Positions 20,508 through 29,905 of a stretch of 64,000 nucleotides of DNA are shown here, one piece after another (the first letter of the stretch is position 1; each line of letters opens with the position of its first letter). Made by a program: the position numbers and the translations under genes. Source of the DNA: Escherichia phage vB_EcoM_HZ_ZJUN4; sequence record PP216085, one strand, 5' to 3'. Below the pieces are notes generated by a model. That model was given only the letters and a program-made list of their open reading frames with translations. It did not search any database and was not told where the DNA came from.

Positions 20508-21334
20508 AGCCTACTATTTTGACTGATATTGATGGAGTATGTTTAAGCTGGCAATCAGGCCTTCCTTATTTTGCTCAGAAATATAATCTTCCGTTAGAAC
20601 ATATTTTAAAAATGATCCAAGATGAGAAATTTATTTCTCCAGGTAAACTCTTTAATTGTGACGAAGAACTTGGCGTCAAGTTAATTGAAAAATACAATCG
20701 TTCAGATTTTATTCGTTACTTGTCTCCGTATAAAGATGCCCTGTGTGTAATTAACAAATTAAAAGAAGATTATAATTTTGTAGCTGTTACAGCATTGGGT
20801 GATTCTATTGACGCTCTGTTGAATCGTCAATTTAATTTGAACGCTCTTTTTCCTGGTGCCTTCTCAGAAGTAATGATGTGTGGTCATGATTCTTCAAAAG
20901 AAGAGCTGTTCAAAAAGGCAAAAGAGAAATATAACGTAATTTGTTATATTGACGATCTCGCTCATCACTGCGATCATGCGAGTGAAATATTAAATGTTCC
21001 AGTTTATTGGATGGCTCGAGGAGAGCGTGACAATATTCCAAAAACTGCGCAGCGAGTTTATACATGGAATGATGTAGAAAATAAGCTTTTTTCGCCGAAG
21101 GAAAATAAAGAAAGTTTTGATAGTGAAAAAGCTATAAAAGATTTAATTGAGAAGATGGTTAAAAACGATTCTTTTCCTTGGAACACTACCTGGAGAACGC
21201 CTGGATTAAATCCTTATAATCATCCATATCAGACACATCCGTTTCAGACATGGAACTATATTAAACCTGGTGGCATAGAGTATTTGTATAATAGACCTAC
21301 TAGTGGTGATAATATTTTTCAAGGAGCATTCTAA
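20504..21334 (+). CDS. HAD-superfamily 5'(3')-nucleotidase-like protein with C-terminal extension, 276 aa
   Basis: N-terminal HAD motif I ILTDIDGV and downstream YIDD motif; C-terminal about 90 aa unrelated. Confidence 0.55.
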   Translation: MKPTILTDIDGVCLSWQSGLPYFAQKYNLPLEHILKMIQDEKFISPGKLFNCDEELGVKLIEKYNRSDFIRYLSPYKDALCVINKLKEDYNFVAVTALGDSIDALLNRQFNLNALFPGAFSEVMMCGHDSSKEELFKKAKEKYNVICYIDDLAHHCDHASEILNVPVYWMARGERDNIPKTAQRVYTWNDVENKLFSPKENKESFDSEKAIKDLIEKMVKNDSFPWNTTWRTPGLNPYNHPYQTHPFQTWNYIKPGGIEYLYNRPTSGDNIFQGAF

Positions 21335-21600
21335 TGTTTGTTGTTCATACTATTTATGAAAATGAAGGTAATACTACACGTGATTACGGTCACGTAAATC
21401 AATTTTTTAGATGCAATCCAGAATTCCGTGCTCAAAAAGATGAACGAATTTTTAAAAAATGTGTAGAACAAGGTTTCATTTACGTCAAGCACTGGATGCA
21501 AGGAAATAAAGTTAGAACTACATATCATAAGTCTTTGCCTGAGCTTAATGATGAATTGATTTATAATAGAGATGTAAATCAAACTCTGAAGGATGAATAA
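21334..21600 (+). CDS. hypothetical protein, 88 aa
   Basis: ORF coupled on both sides (ATGTTTG / TAATG). Confidence 0.5.
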   Translation: MFVVHTIYENEGNTTRDYGHVNQFFRCNPEFRAQKDERIFKKCVEQGFIYVKHWMQGNKVRTTYHKSLPELNDELIYNRDVNQTLKDE

Positions 21601-23060
21601 TGATTCTTAAAATTCTGAATGAAATAGCATCTATTGGTTCAACTAAGCAGAAGCAAGCAATTCTTGAAAAGAATAAAGATAATGAATTGCTTAAACGAGT
21701 ATATCGTCTGACTTATTCTCGTGGGTTACAGTATTATATCAAGAAATGGCCTAAACCTGGTATTGCTACCCAGAGTTTTGGAATGCTGACTATTACCGAT
21801 ATGCTTGACTTCATTGAATTCACGTTAGCTACTCGGAAATTGACTGGAAATGCTGCAATTGAGGAATTAACTGGATATATCACCGATGGTAAAAAGGATG
21901 ATGTTGAAGTTTTGCGTCGAGTTATGATGCGAGACCTTGAATGCGGTGCTTCAGTATCTATTGCAAACAAAGTTTGGCCAGGTTTAATTCCTGAACAACC
22001 TCAAATGCTGGCAAGTTCTTATGATGAAAAAGGCATTAGTAAGAATATCAAGTTTCCAGCCTTTGCGCAGTTAAAAGCAGATGGAGCTCGGTGTTTTGCT
22101 GAAGTCCGAGGCGATGAATTAGATGATGTTCGTCTTTTATCACGAGCTGGTAATGAATATCTAGGATTAGATCTTCTTAAGGAAGAGTTAATCAAAATGA
22201 CTGCTGAAGCCCGCCAGATTCATCCAGAAGGTGTGTTAATTGATGGCGAATTGGTATACCATGAGCAAGTTGAAAAGGAACCAGAAGGCCTAGATTTTCT
22301 TTTTGATGCTCCTGAAATCAGTAAAGCTAAAGAGTTTGCCGAAGTAGCTGAATCTCGTACTGCTTCTAATGGAATCGCCAATAAATCTTTAAAGGGAACT
22401 ATTTCAGAAAAAGAAGCCCAATGCATGAAGTTTCAGGTCTGGGATTATGTTCCGTTAGTAGAAATATACGGTCTTCCGGCGTTTCGTTTAAAATATGATG
22501 TACGTTTTTCTAAACTAGAACAAATGACATCAGGATATGATAAAGTAATTTTAATTGAAAACCAGGTAGTAAATAACCTAGATGAAGCTAAGGTAATTTA
22601 TAAAAAATATATTGACCAGGGTCTTGAAGGTATTATTCTCAAAAATACCGATGGATTGTGGGAAAATGCTCGTTCAAAAAATCTCTATAAATTTAAAGAA
22701 GTAATTGATGTTGATTTAAAAATTGTAGGAATTTATCCTCACCGTAAAGACCCTACTAAAGCGGGTGGATTTATTCTTGAATCAGAGTGTGGAAAAATTA
22801 AAGTAAATGCAGGTTCAGGCTTAAAAGATAAAGCCGGTGTAAAATCACATGAACTTGACCGTACTCGCATTATGGAAAACCAAAATTATTATATTGGAAA
22901 AATTCTAGAGTGCGAATGCAACGGTTGGTTAAAATCTGATGGCCGCACTGATTACGTTAAATTATTTCTTCCGATTGCGATTCGTTTGCGTGAAGATAAA
23001 ACTAAAGCTAATACATTCGAGGATGTATTTGGTGATTTTCATGAGGTAACTGGTCTATGA
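21600..23060 (+). CDS. 30: ATP-dependent DNA ligase, 486 aa
   Basis: MILKILNEIASIGSTKQKQAILEKNKDNELLKRVYRLTY...; adenylation lysine motif region KADGAR; matches T4 DNA ligase. Confidence 0.96.
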   Translation: MILKILNEIASIGSTKQKQAILEKNKDNELLKRVYRLTYSRGLQYYIKKWPKPGIATQSFGMLTITDMLDFIEFTLATRKLTGNAAIEELTGYITDGKKDDVEVLRRVMMRDLECGASVSIANKVWPGLIPEQPQMLASSYDEKGISKNIKFPAFAQLKADGARCFAEVRGDELDDVRLLSRAGNEYLGLDLLKEELIKMTAEARQIHPEGVLIDGELVYHEQVEKEPEGLDFLFDAPEISKAKEFAEVAESRTASNGIANKSLKGTISEKEAQCMKFQVWDYVPLVEIYGLPAFRLKYDVRFSKLEQMTSGYDKVILIENQVVNNLDEAKVIYKKYIDQGLEGIILKNTDGLWENARSKNLYKFKEVIDVDLKIVGIYPHRKDPTKAGGFILESECGKIKVNAGSGLKDKAGVKSHELDRTRIMENQNYYIGKILECECNGWLKSDGRTDYVKLFLPIAIRLREDKTKANTFEDVFGDFHEVTGL

Positions 23061-23245
23061 AAGCTTACTTAGAAACAATTGTCGTGGCTCAAAAAGAAGG
23101 TGGAGATGTTTCTACTTCTGTATCACAAATCGTTCTTGAATTTGTAGATGCATATGCTTATAATAAATTTACAGAAACATTTGATGCCTATGAAAAAGGG
23201 CCAAAGTTTGAAATATACCGTACTCTCTTACCATTAGATTATTAA
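23057..23245 (+). CDS. hypothetical protein, 62 aa
   Basis: ORF coupled to ligase stop. Confidence 0.45.
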   Translation: MKAYLETIVVAQKEGGDVSTSVSQIVLEFVDAYAYNKFTETFDAYEKGPKFEIYRTLLPLDY

Positions 23246-23266
23246 AGGCCTTCGGGCCTTTAATTT
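23244..23266 (+). terminator. rho-independent terminator after ligase operon
   Basis: AAAGGCC-TTCG-GGCCTTT followed by AATTTTA. Confidence 0.6.
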
Positions 23267-23274
23267 TATAAATA
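23267..23274 (+). promoter_or_regulatory. late promoter (TATAAATA) for alt
   Basis: Exact TATAAATA 23 nt upstream of alt ATG. Confidence 0.6.
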
Positions 23275-23297
23275 GAATAAACACTAGAGAGGATATG

Positions 23298-25391
23298 ATG
23301 GAACTCATTACAGAATTATTTGACGAAGATACTACTCTTCCGATTACAAACTTAAATCCAAAGAAGAAAATACCGCAAATTTTTTCAGTTCATGTTGATG
23401 ACGCAATTGAACAACCAGGCTTTCGTTTATGTACCTATACATCTGGAGGTGATACTAACCGTGATCTAAAGATGGGCGATAAAATGATGCACATTGTTCC
23501 TTTTACATTAACTGCTAAAGGTTCAATTGCTAAATTGAAAGGTCTCGGTCCAAGCCCAATTAATTACATCAATTCAGTTTTTACTGTTGCGATGCAAACG
23601 ATGCGTCAGTATAAAATTGATGCCTGCATGCTTCGTATTCTTAAGTCTAAAACTGCCGGTCAAGCTCGACAAATTCAAGTTATTGCTGATAGACTTATCC
23701 GTAGTCGTTCGGGTGGCAGATACGTCCTTCTTAAGGAACTCTGGGATTACGATAAAAAGTATGCATATATTCTTATACATCGCAAAAATGTATCACTAGA
23801 AGACATTCCAGGAGTTCCAGAAATTAGTACCGAGCTCTTTACTAAAGTTGAATCGAAGGTCGGCGATGTTTATATCAATAAAGATACTGGAGCTCAAGTA
23901 ACTAAAAATGAGGCAATTGCAGCATCTATTGCGCAAGAAAATGATAAACGTTCTGACCAAGCTGTAATCGTTAAAGTTAAAATTTCCCGTAGAGCAATTG
24001 CACAAAGTCAGTCATTAGAATCTTCTAGATTTGAAAGTGAATTATTCCAGAAATATGAATCTACCGCAGCTAATTTCAATAAACCTGCTACAGCTCCTTT
24101 AATTCCCGAAGCAGAAGAAATGAAGCTTGGAATTAATTCATTAGCTTCTAAAACTAAGGCAGCAAAAATTATTGCCGAAGGAACCGCAGATGAACTTCAC
24201 TATGACTATAAATTCTTTTCAAAAAGTGAGGTTAATGAAGTTTCTGAAAAAATTAAAGACGTAATTTTTAACGCGATCAAAAATGAACCAACTACTTCAA
24301 TAAAATGTTTAGAGAAGTATGCAGCAGCTATTAATAAATTCTTTGAAGAATATAAAGATACTTGGCTTGATAAACATAATAAAACTCGTAAAGGGCAGTC
24401 AGATGAAGTCTGGGAAGAAATAACTAAAAATTCCTGGAACGCAGCAAAAACTAAATTCCTCAAACGAATGATTTATAGCTTTTCTGGAATTGGTGCAGGT
24501 CCAATGATTGATATTACTATTGCCCGTGATGGTTCTAAATATACTCCATCGCAAAAGCGCGGCATTAGAGAGTATTGTGGATCAGGATATACTGACATCA
24601 ATAATCTTCTTTTAGGCCGCTACAATCCAGAACGATATGATGTAATGAGTGAAAAAGAAATTGAATCTGCGATAAATAATTTAGATTCAGCTTTTGAAAA
24701 TGGTGACCGTATACCAGAAGGCATTACAGTTTATCGTGCTCAAAGTATGACTGCTCCTATATACGAAGCGCTAGTTAAAAATAAAGTGTTCTATTTCAGA
24801 AATTTTGTATCTACTTCTTTAACTCCTATCATTTTTGGACGTTTTGGAATTACACATGCTGGTATCGGTCTTTTAGAACCAGAAGCTCGTAATGAATTAA
24901 CAGTTGATAAAAATGAAGAAGGAATAACTATTAATCCAAACGAAATAAGAGCGTATAAAGAAAATCCTGAATACGTTAAAGTTCAAATAGGATGGGCAAT
25001 TGATGGAGCTCATAAAGTTAATGTTGTATATCCAGGAAGTCTCGGAATAGCAACAGAAGCTGAAGTTATTCTACCACGCGGATTGATGGTCAAAGTTAAT
25101 AAAATAACTGATGCTTCTAATAATGACGGAACAACATCTAATAATACAAAACTCATTCAAGCTGAAGTTATGACTACGGAAGAACTCACCGAATCGGTAA
25201 TTTATGACGGTGACCGTCTAATGGAAACGGGTGAAGTAGTTGCAATGACAGATGATATTGAAATAGAAGACAGAGTTGACTTTGCATCATTTGTTTCATC
25301 AAATGTTAAACAGAAAGCAGAATCATCTCTCGGAATTATTGCGTCTTGCATAGATATTACAAACATGCCTTACAAGTTCGTTCAAGGATAA
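23298..25391 (+). CDS. alt: Alt ADP-ribosyltransferase (capsid-packaged, injected), 697 aa
   Basis: MELITELFDEDTTLPITNLNPKKKIPQIFSVHVDDAIEQPGFRLCTYTSGGDTNRDLKMGDKMMHIV... matches T4 Alt; C-terminal ART triad elements YRAQ, FVSTSL, EAEVILPRG. Confidence 0.93.
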   Translation: MELITELFDEDTTLPITNLNPKKKIPQIFSVHVDDAIEQPGFRLCTYTSGGDTNRDLKMGDKMMHIVPFTLTAKGSIAKLKGLGPSPINYINSVFTVAMQTMRQYKIDACMLRILKSKTAGQARQIQVIADRLIRSRSGGRYVLLKELWDYDKKYAYILIHRKNVSLEDIPGVPEISTELFTKVESKVGDVYINKDTGAQVTKNEAIAASIAQENDKRSDQAVIVKVKISRRAIAQSQSLESSRFESELFQKYESTAANFNKPATAPLIPEAEEMKLGINSLASKTKAAKIIAEGTADELHYDYKFFSKSEVNEVSEKIKDVIFNAIKNEPTTSIKCLEKYAAAINKFFEEYKDTWLDKHNKTRKGQSDEVWEEITKNSWNAAKTKFLKRMIYSFSGIGAGPMIDITIARDGSKYTPSQKRGIREYCGSGYTDINNLLLGRYNPERYDVMSEKEIESAINNLDSAFENGDRIPEGITVYRAQSMTAPIYEALVKNKVFYFRNFVSTSLTPIIFGRFGITHAGIGLLEPEARNELTVDKNEEGITINPNEIRAYKENPEYVKVQIGWAIDGAHKVNVVYPGSLGIATEAEVILPRGLMVKVNKITDASNNDGTTSNNTKLIQAEVMTTEELTESVIYDGDRLMETGEVVAMTDDIEIEDRVDFASFVSSNVKQKAESSLGIIASCIDITNMPYKFVQG

Positions 25392-25394
25392 ATC

Positions 25395-27452
25395 ATGGAA
25401 CTTATTACAGAATTATTTGACGGCGCTTCGGCGCCGGTTGTTAACTTAAATCCTAAGCATAAAATACCTCAAATTTTTGCTATTCAAGCAGGTGAAGAAA
25501 GCGTGCTTCCTGGATTTAGATTTTGTACATACACCTCTGGCGGTGATACAAACAAAAACGTTAAGCCAGGCGATAAAATGATGCATATCGTAATGATAGG
25601 TGTTAATGAGAAACTATCATTAGTTAAACTTAAAAACTTGGGTGGAAATCCAATTGGTGTCATTAATGCGGTTTTTGATACTGCTCTTCAAACAATGAAA
25701 CAGTATAAAATTGACGCATGCCTATTCCGCGTACTAAAGAGTAAAACAAACGGTGCAGCTCGTCAAATGCAAGTTATTGCCGACCGTTTAGTACGTACTA
25801 AAGGAGCAGGTCGATATGTTCTTTTAAAAGAAATCTGGGACTATGATAAGAAATATGCATATATTATGGTTTACCGTAAAAATGCCAATTTAGAAGACAT
25901 TCCAGGTGTACCTCCTATTTCAACTGAGTTATTCACAAAGGTTGAATCAAAGGTTGGTGATGTTTATGTAGATGTTAAAACAGGTAATGCTGTTCCTAAA
26001 GCTGTTGCTGTTGCTGCTTCTATTGCTTTAGAAAATGATAAGCGCACAGATCAAGCTGTTATTCAGAAAACTAAAATTAGTCGTCGATTAGCAGCACAAG
26101 CTCAATATTCTACTGTCGATGCTTCGCTTCAGGGTGATAGCTTCGCTGCTAAGAAATACCAAGAGTTTGAATCTAAAGTTCCGGTATATAAAGCAGAAGG
26201 ACCAATGAACTCCGGCGTTATTCAGGTTGGTTCAAACTTCAGCAAAGGAGCTATCGGTGGTATGAGAAGTGCTTCTCGTTTTAAATCTAATGATTATGAA
26301 CTAGAAAGCTTCCGAAATCATATTGCATTGGCTCATGCACGTTTACGTGATCCATCTATCAAGTTACAGAGCGATATAACATATCAAGGTTCTCAAGAAT
26401 ATTTAAAGAATAAAGAATTTTTTGATTATAAAACTGATAAAATTTTAAGCGATCTTGCTGACATTAATATTTCTAATAGCTTTGATGTTATTAAGAAAAT
26501 TGTCAATGATTTAGTTAAAGGTTCTAAAGCCACGCCAGATGAAAAGGTAGCTATTGTTCAATTTGTCATGAATGGCATTTATAAATTGATTAATGAGTCT
26601 GCTTCTCAAGCGTATGAATATGCAAGTACTGAAGTACCCCCAAAAGGATTAACTCGGGCTGAGTCTGATGTAATTGAAGATTATTGCGCAGATTCATATG
26701 TTGAAATGAACTCGTTCCTTTTAGGTAAACCAGATTCTACTCGTGAAGAATATATGGAACGAGCTATTAAACACATCGAGACAATGGATTCTGCCTTTGC
26801 CAAAGGATCAGTTCTTCCTCCAGGAACTACGCTTTACCGTGGACAAGAAGTTACCTTTAAAACTTTACGTCATAATATTGAAAATAAAATGTTCTATTTC
26901 AAGAACTTCGTATCCACATCGCTTAAACCAAATATCTTCGGTGAGTATGGTAAAAACTATATGGCTCTAGATGATTCTGGTGCAGTATTTTCTGGTGAAG
27001 GAGAAGGTTCAGTTGATGCTGAAGATTTAATGCATATGGGTAGTCACTCTGCTTATGCGAATGAAGATGCTGAAACTAGCGTAGGTATGGTAATTAAAGG
27101 GGCTGAGCGAATTAAAGTTATCGTTCCAGGTCATTTATCAGGATTTCCATCAGAAGCTGAAGTTATTTTACCACGTGGAATTTTGCTGAAGATTAATAAA
27201 GTGAGTACGTACATGATGAAAGAAACTGCTTATAACAAGTATCTAATCGAAGGCACAATCGTTCCTCCTTCTGAACAATTAGAAGAATCGGTATATGATG
27301 GCGATCATCTAATGGAAACTGGTGAAGTTCGTCCAATGGTTGGATTTAATCAATTCCTTGTAGAAGAATCAAAAGAAGAGGAAAACGAAGTTTCTCAAAT
27401 CTTGGCTTCTTTGGTTAACATCAATGAAATGTCTAAAAAGTTCAAGATGTAG
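25395..27452 (+). CDS. second Alt-like ADP-ribosyltransferase paralog, 685 aa
   Basis: Same MELITELFD leader and conserved N-terminal/central block as alt, divergent middle region, retains ART triad elements (YRGQ, FVSTSL, EAEVILPRG); AAGGA RBS 6 nt upstream. Confidence 0.85.
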   Translation: MELITELFDGASAPVVNLNPKHKIPQIFAIQAGEESVLPGFRFCTYTSGGDTNKNVKPGDKMMHIVMIGVNEKLSLVKLKNLGGNPIGVINAVFDTALQTMKQYKIDACLFRVLKSKTNGAARQMQVIADRLVRTKGAGRYVLLKEIWDYDKKYAYIMVYRKNANLEDIPGVPPISTELFTKVESKVGDVYVDVKTGNAVPKAVAVAASIALENDKRTDQAVIQKTKISRRLAAQAQYSTVDASLQGDSFAAKKYQEFESKVPVYKAEGPMNSGVIQVGSNFSKGAIGGMRSASRFKSNDYELESFRNHIALAHARLRDPSIKLQSDITYQGSQEYLKNKEFFDYKTDKILSDLADINISNSFDVIKKIVNDLVKGSKATPDEKVAIVQFVMNGIYKLINESASQAYEYASTEVPPKGLTRAESDVIEDYCADSYVEMNSFLLGKPDSTREEYMERAIKHIETMDSAFAKGSVLPPGTTLYRGQEVTFKTLRHNIENKMFYFKNFVSTSLKPNIFGEYGKNYMALDDSGAVFSGEGEGSVDAEDLMHMGSHSAYANEDAETSVGMVIKGAERIKVIVPGHLSGFPSEAEVILPRGILLKINKVSTYMMKETAYNKYLIEGTIVPPSEQLEESVYDGDHLMETGEVRPMVGFNQFLVEESKEEENEVSQILASLVNINEMSKKFKM

Positions 27453-27506
27453 TTTACAAGTCCCTCGTGTTGTGTTATAATAATCTTACTGACATAACAT
27501 GAGGAA
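27453..27506 (+). promoter_or_regulatory. early promoter plus RBS-sequestering dyad (second copy of the module upstream of alc)
   Basis: GTTTACAAGTCCCTCGTGTTGTGTTATAAT...CTTACTGACATAACATGAGGA; arm pairing includes one G-U wobble relative to the alc copy. Confidence 0.5.
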
Positions 27507-27512
27507 TACAAA

Positions 27513-27803
27513 ATGAAATCTTCTTTGCGCTTTTTAGGTCAAGAACTTGTAGTTGAAGGCGTTATTCCTGCTGATAATGCTTTTAATGAAGCGGTTTACG
27601 ACGAATTTATCAAAATTTTTGGAACAGATAAAAAGTTCGGAATTTTTCCTTCTGAAAATTTTTCAAAGCCAGAACAGACTGAAAGCATTTTCCAGGGTGT
27701 AGTAACAGGTAAATTTGAATCAGAAGCTCCGGTAAAAATTGAAGTTTATATTGAAGACAGTTTAGTTGCTTCAGTTGCTGCTTTTATTTCATTCCGTAAA
27801 TAA
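27513..27803 (+). CDS. hypothetical protein, 96 aa
   Basis: ORF MKSSLRFLGQELVVEGVIPADNAFNEAVYDEF... with GAGGA RBS and own promoter. Confidence 0.55.
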   Translation: MKSSLRFLGQELVVEGVIPADNAFNEAVYDEFIKIFGTDKKFGIFPSENFSKPEQTESIFQGVVTGKFESEAPVKIEVYIEDSLVASVAAFISFRK

Positions 27804-27807
27804 AAAT

Positions 27808-27829
27808 ATGGGGACCTTTCGGTCCCCAT
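27808..27829. terminator. bidirectional terminator between convergent units (gene 54 on - strand, 96-aa ORF on + strand)
   Basis: ATGGGGACC-TTTC-GGTCCCCAT; U-run ATTTTTA on the - strand side. Confidence 0.65.
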
Positions 27830-27831
27830 TG

Positions 27832-28797
27832 TTATATTGCTCCTAATATTTTACTTTGCGAGTTGACAATTCCCGTCATAGTATTAATGTTTGAAATGCT
27901 TCCTGCAGTTCCTCCTAATCTACTAAGTCGTGAAAGCGAATTAGATAGTCCAGTAACACCTCCACTATTTCCGAGAACGCTTTGAATACCGTTTATGGCA
28001 GCAGATTCAAGCCACTCAAGCGCAGCCTGTCTATCAACTGACCCAGCCTGCATGACTCTATACGCAAAAGTAACATCAAATGTAGTTATTTGGTTATCTC
28101 CATCATATGATAACTCAGGAGCGCTCACTGACACTGGAATGCATCCAGTGAACATCACCGCAGTATGAGGTAATCCATTACGAGCATGAAGATTAACCTG
28201 AATATCTGCCTCGACATCTTGTGGCAAAGCGCGCAATCCAGTTACTGGGTCTTGAACAGCGTTAACCCAGTCTTGCATTGCACGATAATTACATGCTTCT
28301 GAATCCATTCTAAATGAAATAACCAAAGGGTCTAATTCTCTCCCAGTTATACGAATATTAGGAGAATTATAGTTCCAGTCAGTTTCATAGGATAATCTAT
28401 TCTCTGGCATTTTTACGGAATATATCATCAATCCAGATGAGTTATATGCCATGTTAAAGAAGTCAATTAAATATGTACCAACTGTAAATGAGCCCAATAA
28501 ACTTTGAACTGTACGTTGACTCATGGCACCAATAAGATATTTACTAACCCCTGATTTTCTTATCAGTTTTTGTGTGCCAGCAGTAATTAGCGTGGTAATT
28601 CCCTGATTAATATCGCCTTGAGTCAATCCTAACCAATCTGAATTTAGGCCCAAGTTATTATAAGAAAAGTTACTAATTGAACTTATCAACGAAGAGCTTT
28701 TAGTTGATGGAGTTGTCGCAAAAACGCAGCTAAACATATTATTACGTTGGAAATCTGCGTTTATTGCTTGATTATTAAATTCCTCTAAAGAATACAT
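27832..28797 (-). CDS. 54: gp54 baseplate tail-tube initiator, 321 aa
   Basis: MYSLEEFNNQAINADFQRNNMFSCVFATTPSTKSS... matches T4 gp54. Confidence 0.93.
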   Translation of the reverse strand: MYSLEEFNNQAINADFQRNNMFSCVFATTPSTKSSSLISSISNFSYNNLGLNSDWLGLTQGDINQGITTLITAGTQKLIRKSGVSKYLIGAMSQRTVQSLLGSFTVGTYLIDFFNMAYNSSGLMIYSVKMPENRLSYETDWNYNSPNIRITGRELDPLVISFRMDSEACNYRAMQDWVNAVQDPVTGLRALPQDVEADIQVNLHARNGLPHTAVMFTGCIPVSVSAPELSYDGDNQITTFDVTFAYRVMQAGSVDRQAALEWLESAAINGIQSVLGNSGGVTGLSNSLSRLSRLGGTAGSISNINTMTGIVNSQSKILGAI

Positions 28798-29897
28798 TAA
28801 AAAGTCCCCGCATATAAAGAAGCACGGTTTAACGTGATAATTTCTCTCATAGTAATCTCAAGAGTAAATGTACTAGGGAGGTTTGGAGCAATAGCTAATC
28901 CGTTAAAGTTACCATTAGGCGTTTTATCAAATCTGATGCTTTGTATTTGGCATGGGCCAAATATTTCCGTTTTTCCATCAAACTTAGATGTTGCACCAAA
29001 GTTTTTCACCATCCAAATTGTCGGGTTTGAAACTACTAGAACGTTAGTTAAACTCGATGTCATTTTCTCAAATAGTGTTTTATTTTTAGCTGCGTCTTCC
29101 GGAGATAAAGGTTCAATTAACGTAGAACGATACCAATCATCTAAATACCCCTTTATTTCAGCAGCATATTGAGATTTGCCAGTTTCACCATAAGAAAAAT
29201 AGTTAAAATATTGATAGATATTAATAATAGCCATTAAATCTTCTGTGGAACGTGGAGTCAAATCCCATGTAAACACTTTAGTTCTATTTTCAGCACCACC
29301 ATACATACTTCTGGCTGTCGTATAAATCTGTTCATTATTATCAGCCATTATACCTTGCGTTATACTTTCTAGCGCACCAAATACTGCAGTTGAAGCAATA
29401 TTACTTAACACACCAGTAGCAGTACCTCCGCCTCTGCTGATAAGACTTTCTTGAACATCATTAAATCTATGTGATGATGTATCAACATCGGATTTAGATC
29501 TTGGTAAAAGAATATTTGCCACAGGAGCTTTACTTATTGTTCCTGAATTATTGTTTGATATTAATCCATTTGATAGTTTTGATACTGTACTACTAATAGT
29601 GTTTCTGGCTGTACGTAAAATACTCGAAGATGAAGAAGAGTAGTTAGATCTCATCGATCTAAGACTTCCAGAATCCCTAGATGACATATTGTATGCAGTA
29701 AATAATAATCCATTCTTATATAGATCTGTTACCTGGAAGTCCCCTGTAGTGTCATTACCACTAGCACGCCCAGTTGGAAACTGGGCAGTGTATGTTTTAG
29801 TTGCTACTTCTGATTTAGTACTCTGTCCGGCTGAAATTTTCTCACCGGACTTTTTAATTAAATCAGCTGTTGCAGTTATTTCTTTAACAATTGCCAT
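28797..29897 (-). CDS. 48: gp48 baseplate tail-tube cap, 366 aa
   Basis: Size, position and sequence consistent with T4 gp48. Confidence 0.9.
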   Translation of the reverse strand: MAIVKEITATADLIKKSGEKISAGQSTKSEVATKTYTAQFPTGRASGNDTTGDFQVTDLYKNGLLFTAYNMSSRDSGSLRSMRSNYSSSSSSILRTARNTISSTVSKLSNGLISNNNSGTISKAPVANILLPRSKSDVDTSSHRFNDVQESLISRGGGTATGVLSNIASTAVFGALESITQGIMADNNEQIYTTARSMYGGAENRTKVFTWDLTPRSTEDLMAIINIYQYFNYFSYGETGKSQYAAEIKGYLDDWYRSTLIEPLSPEDAAKNKTLFEKMTSSLTNVLVVSNPTIWMVKNFGATSKFDGKTEIFGPCQIQSIRFDKTPNGNFNGLAIAPNLPSTFTLEITMREIITLNRASLYAGTF

Positions 29898-29905
29898 ATT
29901 ATTCC

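Noticed and set aside
23298-27452. Possibility that the two alt copies are an assembly duplication artefact
   Set aside because: The copies differ extensively at both nucleotide and protein level, including the divergent central region and the 697 versus 685 aa lengths, so this is not a collapsed or expanded repeat.
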